Assembly (NCBI GenBank): GCA_017499595.2
Contig: CM039000.1
Span: 3,038,001-3,102,000, forward strand
Reading direction: 5' to 3'
Source of the DNA: Psilocybe cubensis
Taxonomy: Eukaryota
Length of the DNA: 64,000 nucleotides
This document shows positions 56,317-64,000 of the stretch, piece by piece. Position 1 is the first letter of the stretch; every line of letters begins with the position of its first letter. The notes under the pieces are model-generated. The model had not been told where the DNA came from. It did not search any database and saw only the letters and a list, made by a program, of their open reading frames with translations. The position numbers were made by a program, and so were the translations under genes.

Positions 56317-57444
56317 ATGCCAGTTCCACTCGCCGTAGGGTATTCTTTCTCAAACTCAGAATCTCGGTGGGACGAAGTACGAAAAATCGAATAAATTGTT
56401 ATTATTTTTATTGAAACTAGCCTCTTCTCTCAGAGTCAGATATCCAATGAGGAAGAAACGGTTAGGCGAGTCACTATTCGACAGTTGTGGAACGCGTTGC
56501 GCACAAGCGAAAAACATCATACCCAATGCACTCTCGACGGGGTCAATTTGAAGAAGGTGCGTATGGACATGTACTTTATATATTCACTCCGGCGCTCTGA
56601 ATGCATATCCATAGATAATTTTGATAGCCAATCTGCAACACTCAGGGTTGGCGCCATCCGAATGGCATATTCTCGATGATGGCACTGGCAGGATCAAAGC
56701 TTTCATCGGGAAGAACAAAGATCCAACCTATGTTTACGAGTTTGTCTTCTTATCTAGCTTTATTGTTGTCCGGAAAGTAATTGTTCGTCCTCGTCAAGTA
56801 AATTTGAATACGTTCGTGTTGTCGGCACCCTGGAATTTGGTGTTAGAGGAGAAAAAAGGTCGCTATCTGTGTTTAACATGGCGCCCGTCCACGATCCATA
56901 TGAAGTCTACTATCATATCAATCATGCTATGGTTGATACTATGATATGTGAAAGAGGCTCTCCTGTGAGTGTCGGCTTCTTGAATCGTCGACTGTATTCA
57001 TCGCCCATGGTGCCTACCCTTAGCCATATAATCTGATTCCAGATACCCATGGTCAAGATATCGAATCCTTGAGTCAGGCATTCCAGAACACATCCTTCTC
57101 AGACGTAACCGAACCGCATATGGCTCAACAATCAGTTCAAGAACCCAACCGCCAATACGATCGCGTCCCATTCAGGTCGCTCCTTGAGCGCGATATCATC
57201 GCGTTAATCGATCGAGCTAATCTTGTTTATCTCGAGGACCTCGTCATGTTTATTCGCCAAAGTTGCCCTACTGTGGACTCTGCCGCTTTAAAGTGAGTAT
57301 ATACGTATCAGGTTCTGAGTACGTCTTAACAATTACTCCAGGGAGGCTATTCAGTACCTATTGAGTGAGAATCTCATCGAGGCTGGCGAAGACAGTGGTC
57401 GTGACTACTTTCAACTCGGGGAGCGTATTACTGGAAGGAATTGA
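56317..57444 (+). CDS. Divergent replication protein A 32-kDa subunit (RPA2) paralog, ~281 aa, OB fold plus winged helix
   Basis: Exons 56317-56376, 56434-56556, 56615-56739, 56799-56964, 57024-57292, 57342-57444 (846 nt, in frame). Motifs RRVTIRQL, ILDDGTGRIKA, YVRVVGTL, DPYEVYYH...ERGSP and EAIQYL align with the RFA2 gene in this window. First exon least certain. Confidence 0.8.
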
Positions 57445-57657
57445 TTAATTTTATCTGGGGCGCGTTGTAGCATTAAATGTCCCAATATTCAATGTAAGTC
57501 AGTGCCTTGTTATCCCTTGAAATAATAAATGGATTTTGGAGTCACTGAACGGGGATACTGTGCCATGATGAGATAAGATCAGATAAAAGGACACAAGGTC
57601 ATGCAACTTGCCGAGAACTCTGGTTAACCTGTTGACCAACTTCGGTGATCAGCACAA

Positions 57658-58856
57658 ATGAATCTCACTTCTTTGTTGTCACGGTACAGGAGCTCTGGAA
57701 ACAAAGAGCATGAAGTTCCCCCAAATAATCGCCCTATCCATACCTCGTCTATATTCCATGTTGGATCGACGTGGACAGGCTTTTCTAGAATCCGGCGTAT
57801 AGTGATATTGTTCGTGCAGCTCTATGTTATCCATGTTTTCCAAATGAGAGAACTATAACTGATCAGCGGCCCGATCTTCACAGCGGAGACTCGTACAGCT
57901 CCGTGGAATTCTTAAACGACGAGGAAAGACCTAGCGCTTCTGATCCTCTTGGAATTGACTTTCCCGGACTCACCTACAATGAACCCGGTTTACCAAACTG
58001 GATTGGACACCTAATTACCAAACACTGCCCCGAGCCAAGATATAATCCAAGGAACCGAGACGAGCAGAGCGACGCTTGGAACCAAAGTCCATTGTTAGTG
58101 CACGATTATGCAAAGGGCGGCCAAACGGTTACAGGGGTTCAGAACCAAATCATGAACCGATTTCTCCCTACACTTGGTAAAAAACCAAAGTGGGCACCGT
58201 GGACTGCCCAAGAGACACTATTCAGTATGTGCTTGAAACACAATTTATTATTTTTCTCATTTATTGTCAGTTACATGGGTCGGAGTGAATGATTGCGGGT
58301 GCGTCAACACCATTTTATGAACGATCTTCCCGAAGTGATGCGAACACTTAATATATCAGGCTCTCTGCAAATCCAGAACATGCACTCGAACAGCTGTTTG
58401 TGACTCAGGAACGACTTTACAAGGCTGGTGCCCGACATTTCTTGTTTATTGACGTTCCTACGATTCACCGCAGTGCAGGAGGAAAGTTTGATCATGATTA
58501 TTTGGAACGTCCTGTCTGATAATGCAACTAATTCTTGACCTCTAAATTTAGTTGCGGTCGAAAAACAGTCAAGAGTATTGGAGGTCATTCGGAACTGGAA
58601 CACGGCCCTAAACGAACAGATTCATCGATTCAGCTTCAAGTTCAAAGATGCAACCGTTTTGTTATTCTCTGCCTTTCGCGCCTTCGATGTGCTGCTTGAT
58701 GACCCGGAAAGTCTTGGGTTAGACCCTGCAGATGTTCGTCGTAGAGGAGGCAGCATATGGATGGACCACATCCATCCAACCAGCGCAGTTCATGACTATC
58801 TCGCAAGCAAGATAGCGGAATTTATTTCTGAAGTACCTTCGAAAAAAACAACTTGA
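57658..58856 (+). CDS. SGNH/GDSL hydrolase (CE16-like esterase), no signal peptide
   Basis: Spliced block I IVIFGDSYS, block II DYAKGG, block III WVGVNDC, block V WMDHIHPT. Confidence 0.85.
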
Positions 58857-58978
58857 CAACACTACCACAACCATTTATGCCAGATCTCGAAAGTTAATAT
58901 ATCAAACCATCGTTATCGTTCTTTCAACTTGCGACGCAGAATTAGTACAAAATGCTAAGGGTATATAAATGAAGTATA

Positions 58979-60117
58979 TCAAAGCGAAACATTGAAATGA
59001 GAGTCATCGATGGTCGTGAATACGTGACCATCGTCCATCAATTTATCGAGCGCCTCACTGTTCAGCCATTAATGTGTAATATCGCACAATAAATAATGAA
59101 ACATACCTGATTTTGTGAGCGTCTTGACCGCCTGCACCGATCGCTTTCGCAATGGCAGCAACATGTATACCCTCTTCCCTCGGAGGTTGACTCATAATGA
59201 AACGCACAATGTTTCGCTGTAAAGCTGGTAGGTGGCTGAATTGGTCACTTGGTCCACCCCCGCCTTGTACCGAGTACGCAGACATATTGCCACCACCGTT
59301 TTCGCTTGGTTTTGCATTAGCACCATGGGGGTTCGAAGGCTAAAGAAACATTAAGTCAGAGACCACGCGACAGGATAACAGATCGTACAGGGCCCCGCTC
59401 CATGATTAGGTTAACCGTTATGGCCTCAAGGATATGGAAATAGATTTCATGCGCATCTCGAATCTCCCGAATGTGGGTGGTGTTAAGGTACCTTTTTTTA
59501 CCAAAGCTTTTCAAGCCTCCGGTGACACGCACATAGTGGCCTTCACTGGAATATTTGTTCAACAATGAGAGATAAGAAGGAGATCAAGAACGACACACGT
59601 AATCTCGCCAAACCTAGAGGAATCGTCTTCGTTTGAGTTGTCGACCCAGTGTCGCGCTTCCATTTTTCCAGTACCATCGTCAATCATATACACGCAATTC
59701 GTTGTCTGTTTCTGAATAGACACGACTTGACCGACTACTGTGATCTATTTCGCAAATTAGGAAAGAATGAGTTCAATACAATAAAGAGACTGCCAACCTG
59801 GCCAATCTCTACATCATCGACCCTCCATTCCGCGTCGGTGTGGGCCTGCGTGGCTTTGTTGAGTTGAGCGATAGTGAAAGGTCGTAGAGAGTTCGAGGCC
59901 TCGGTTCTCTGCATATAACGTCAGGTCGTCGGCAAGATCACATCGTTGACAGCAGTGTAGATCACTTGCCCTTGCACCGCCTGGACTGCCGCTCTGGCTA
60001 AAAGGAGAGCCTCCCTGAAGATATCCTCCGCCGCTACCGTAGTGGTTGGTTTCGTCTGGGAGAGTTATTAGAGTCGGTAAATAAAGAAGGATGAAATAAA
60101 CGGCTACATTGACTCAT
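58979..60117 (-). CDS. RFA2: Replication protein A 32-kDa subunit (canonical)
   Basis: N-terminal GGYLQGGSPFSQSGSPG, LRPFTIAQL, YMIDDGTGKMEARHW, YVRVTGGLKSFG, HEIYFHILEA, winged helix EGIHV...LMDDGHVFTTIDDSHF. Confidence 0.95.
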
Positions 60118-60118
60118 G

Positions 60119-60242
60119 ACGCGTCTTATTAGAGTGGATGCAAGAAGTTGTACGGTACTTTAAGAAGGCTCAATGTCACAAGCGCGTGACAGTGAAATTG
60201 AGTGTACGTGACGTTGGCGTACGTCACATGAAATGTCGCGTC
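60119..60242. promoter_or_regulatory. MCB-like (ACGCGT/CGCG) and inverted CRE-like elements upstream of RFA2
   Basis: ACGCGT 60119-60124, GCGCGT ~60182, TCGCGT ~60236, GTGACGT 60208-60214 with ACGTCAC 60221-60227. Confidence 0.4.
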
Positions 60243-60542
60243 TATCCCCATTTAGAAACGTGGGCATTACATTTTGGAATTTCATTCTATGACTTCGACT
60301 AATTCTCCACCTACAACATAGACGGGGAGAGAACGTATGCATTGGCGTGTACATAATGAGTGGTGAGTCTAAGCATAACTGATAATCTACATTTTACCGA
60401 GCATTAGTTCCAGGAAAACCGAGTTCACAAGAATGGATATACAAGTAATGGTAGTACTAGGCGAGTGAGAGGAGGTATAGCGAATGTTGAGAGAGAATCC
60501 GTAGAAACAATGGTCTGTCAGTCTATTTTTTGTTTAAAATGC

Positions 60543-63500
60543 CTACGCAGAATAGGCTGCACGAATCCGTGTGATTCCATTACCTATGCCATCCAAGACT
60601 TTTCGACGGGAGTCGCCGATCTTTTTAGCATTAATGAACAGGAAATCATGATCAATCTAAATATCTTTAGTCAACTGGAACCATAAATCTAACGCAGTAT
60701 TACCTGTGGTGTCAATATTGGGGAACAATTAGAAATCAGTGCATTTCGTGTGTCGGACGAGCCATCGGCCTTGCCCCTTAGAACCAGCTCGGCGGATATA
60801 GATTGAAGAACGGACAATGCATTGGTGCGAAGTGTCTTGAAAATAGGCACGAGCTATTATGAAGATATTAAGATGAGGGATTTTTCTACTAAAATTTTGA
60901 AAAATGCTTACCCCGCTTAGTTTATTGATTTTGACGACCGAAGGCGATTTGAAACGTAGTGTTACAGCCACTAGAAGTAGGAAAGCCTAGGAAAAATGTT
61001 AACATCGGTTCACATTGGCTAATAGAGATAAACACCTCTTGAGCAAGGGTGGCTACATGAAGCAATTCACTTGGTGATGACTTCATAGCTTCAGGCAGTC
61101 GCTCCTTCACACCTTGTTTCGCCAATCAATCTCTCATCGACAATGACGTTGAGTTATTAATTACCATCAAAGTATTTCACAACAACTTCAGGGGCGTCCA
61201 TTATGGTGGGAGGCTCTTCGTCCTTTTTGTGGTGGCCGTTTGTCGTTGGCACCTCAACCCCTTTCAATGGATGTCCGGTCTTTAGTTCGGTTTGCTTAGC
61301 CGCTTCAGCCAGGACAACATCAGGAGGAGGGCGGGCATAATTATGGTAAGGCTCTAGCCAATCGATAAGGGCGTTCATATATTCAATGAACTTGGCTTCA
61401 TCCTCAGTGAGCTAGTACATACCATGGGTTATTATGGAAGTGGGAAAAAATCATAGAATGCTTACATCCGCAAAATCTTCTGGGCCCCGTTGCATTAGTC
61501 TTTCCTTAAGGGTGAGTCCATTTTCGTATTTGGCAGTTTTCTTTGGCCGATCCCCTATCAGCAGCTTTTCTTCCACTGTATCATCAATATCACTGGCTTG
61601 TTGGAATCCACGGATATAGACTTTGAGGAAACATGACAACCATTTGCTCTAGAATGGTAAATTAGAAAGCCGAATAATTCAAGGTGGATGCAACCTACTC
61701 CTTCAGGTTTTCCAAACAGTAATGTTTGTTCATTGAGATCTTTTGAAGCCTTTGGTTGATAATTAGGAAGAATATCGAAATCACGGTTGTCCGAGTGTTC
61801 TATGACGCTGTGTTAACTAATCAGGAAAAGTAATGTAAAACCACAACTGACCTCTATCAAATATAAACTTCAATTCAATCAACTCCATGTCGATGAGATC
61901 GTTTGTGACTGGTTCATGCGCAATACGCATACGAATATGTTCAAGTTTCACGGTATCACGCTGCAGTGAATTGTCCAAACGTTCTTCAAAGACGATAAAT
62001 TCGGGTATCTAGAAAGTGATAAATGTGCGAACAGTCGAAAGGAAGATGTTGTTCTAACCTGAGAGTATTTTTCAGACTGGAAAGCGCGAGCAATAAAGTC
62101 ACCGGTCTGATTAAAGTGTTTCAATCGAGTGTGTTGATATACAATATACAGGGGTCTTACTTCTTGCGTGTTGCTCAGGTAGATCTGTGTTGATTCCAGG
62201 CATTCGGTCAATAAAGTTAGGTCACCAATTGAACCTAGTGAAAAGGTTGACGCCCGAGAAAGAATCAGGTGAGAAAGGGTATCATTTTGGACTTGTTTAA
62301 TGTGCATAGCACGGTAATGCTCAAGAGCCAATGCAGGAGCACCTAAAAGCGATGGAGATAAATCAACAATTGATACATAACTTGTCCAGGGAACCATTAC
62401 TCGCCAAGTAATCGGTATAACCTGATCAAAATCAATCTTGTCAAAAACGATTGCTTGCTTCTAGAAAGAGCAAATTCTAGCAAGTAAGTAGCATCCAAAA
62501 GGTGGTTATCCTTTCCAGTCAATTTCCATAGGGTGATGAAGGCATTTGCAGCCAAGAGGGCAAAATCGTCAGCAGGTTGAAGTTCTGTGGAAGGAAGTCC
62601 AACTCCAAGAGCGAGACCCTCAAAGTAATAACGAGCGTATGCGGCCACACGAATCAACTCTTTCTCAGCCGTAATCTCCGATTCAGAGAGTGTATAACGA
62701 ATAAGTTTGAAAGAGTTAATTAGGCGGCGCAGTTCAGAGATTGTGGTCTGTTTGCCGACAGTCAGAATTTCTCGGAGAGCGTCCACCTCGCATTTAGTTC
62801 GACTCACAAAAGCTGTCGGAATTGCCTCCAGGAATGTACGTAATATGGACAGACTTTCTGCATCTAAAATCACGAAGGGTTTTAAATCCTCAAAGCAGCA
62901 AGCCTTGTCTCCGAACTTTTCAAAGTATTGCTTCAGTAGTGAAACCATTCGCGTAGGTTCTATATGGGGCGTTAGCGGGCTCGAAAAATTGAAAATTTAT
63001 GTGCCGACCTTGCGACAACCCGTGAAGGCGTGCTCGTTTCTCGAGGTCTAACAGTGCTAGAAGGCCAGAGCGATCTTTTGTACTATCCTCTTCGGCAATT
63101 TTGGAGAATATTTCCTGAGCGTGATTTACTTTTTCCCGGGCATCTGCTTCACCAATTATTAAAGGTGTCGTGTCTGGTAAGGTACCATCGAGAACGGCGA
63201 GAAATTCCAACCAATTACGGTCCCTGGTCCAGCATAAGCCAAATTCATATAATAAATAACGCCGCATACTTCTTTTCTGTTATTAGTTGCTCTGCGCGTT
63301 TAGCTTCCTGCTGATATCTGCCTTGCTGAATCATAATCGCGCGACGAATCTCATCGCACGCGAGACTGGTGGAGCAGATACTTTTCCCAACATCACTCTC
63401 AATGAGTTTGTCAGCTTCTTCCCATAGTTCTAGTTCTCGGAGGATGGAGAGGTGAAGATGGAAACGTTCAGCATTGACATATGATGGAGTAGGTGAAGAT

Positions 63501-64000
63501 GCAATCAGGCGATGTGCAAGTTTGTAAAGAATAGGGCGCATGGTTGGCGGTGTATTCGCGTCTTTAGCCTATAAGGGCTTGAAAAACTATAAGGAGAAAA
63601 TAACCATGGTAATGTCGTACCTGCAGGACTGCACTTATAACACTCCAGTATAAATAACGCTCTTCCTGAAATTGTTTATACATGCGCGTCGCAATCTAAG
63701 CAAATGTCGTAAGAACGCGATGACACACCCACCAGAACAAAACAAGACACACCTGATGCGCGGATTTCCAATGGTTGGCTCTGACGTTGGCAAAAAAAGT
63801 TTGCTGTCCAAGTTCTTCATTTGTTGGTTGCTTTTTGAAGGCGTCTTCGAACATGGTGACCAAGTCGTTGTCTTCCATAAAGTTAAAAACACGTATGGGA
63901 ACACGAAAAAATATAACGTACGTCGTCCTAGGCCACGAAGAACATGCATCATCGCTGTCAACACTGCATCATCGGTGGGTTTTGTTTCGAGAACTTCGTC
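60543..64000 (-). CDS. MDM20: N-terminal acetyltransferase B (NatB) auxiliary subunit; 5' end outside the window
   Basis: TPR-like start (NEELGQQTFFANVR...QQ-like), YFEKFGDKACCFEDLKPF, TELQPADD, LIRLYRLLG, IKQVQNDTLSHL, DNRDF. Confidence 0.88.

Noticed and set aside
56259-56352. 13-bp direct repeat GTATTCTTTCTCA near the start of the RPA2 paralog
   Set aside because: Only two low-complexity copies; no element or target-site-duplication structure between them.

Overview
Gene-dense, intron-rich fungal genomic DNA. Short ~50-75 nt introns and the protein sequences point to a mushroom-forming basidiomycete (Agaricomycetes); this is inferred, not verified. About 23 protein-coding genes are present, mostly housekeeping (UBP15 5' end, TAE1/NTM1, ADK2, COQ11-like, SCAMP, PAB1, SRP54, SPT8, SPT6, RIB2, RLP24, ATG2, RFA2, MDM20 3' part). 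The window also holds a ~2,700-aa low-complexity protein, a loosenin-like protein, a LaeA-like methyltransferase and an SGNH esterase. A divergent siderophore pair (single-A-domain A-T-C-T-C-T-C NRPS plus L-ornithine N5-monooxygenase) has palindromic GATA sites between the two genes. Most notable: (1) an intact, highly diverged second RPA32/RFA2 gene (56317-57444), seen only as fragments in the ORF track, which shares intron positions with the canonical RFA2 1.5 kb away; (2) two divergent genes whose most likely start codons overlap in one CATG palindrome (23451-23454); (3) an Spt5-CTR-like TP-repeat and WG/GW tail on Spt6; (4) at least six GC-AG introns. No RNA genes, transposons or CRISPR arrays were recognised. 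All exon boundaries were inferred by eye and no database searches were run.
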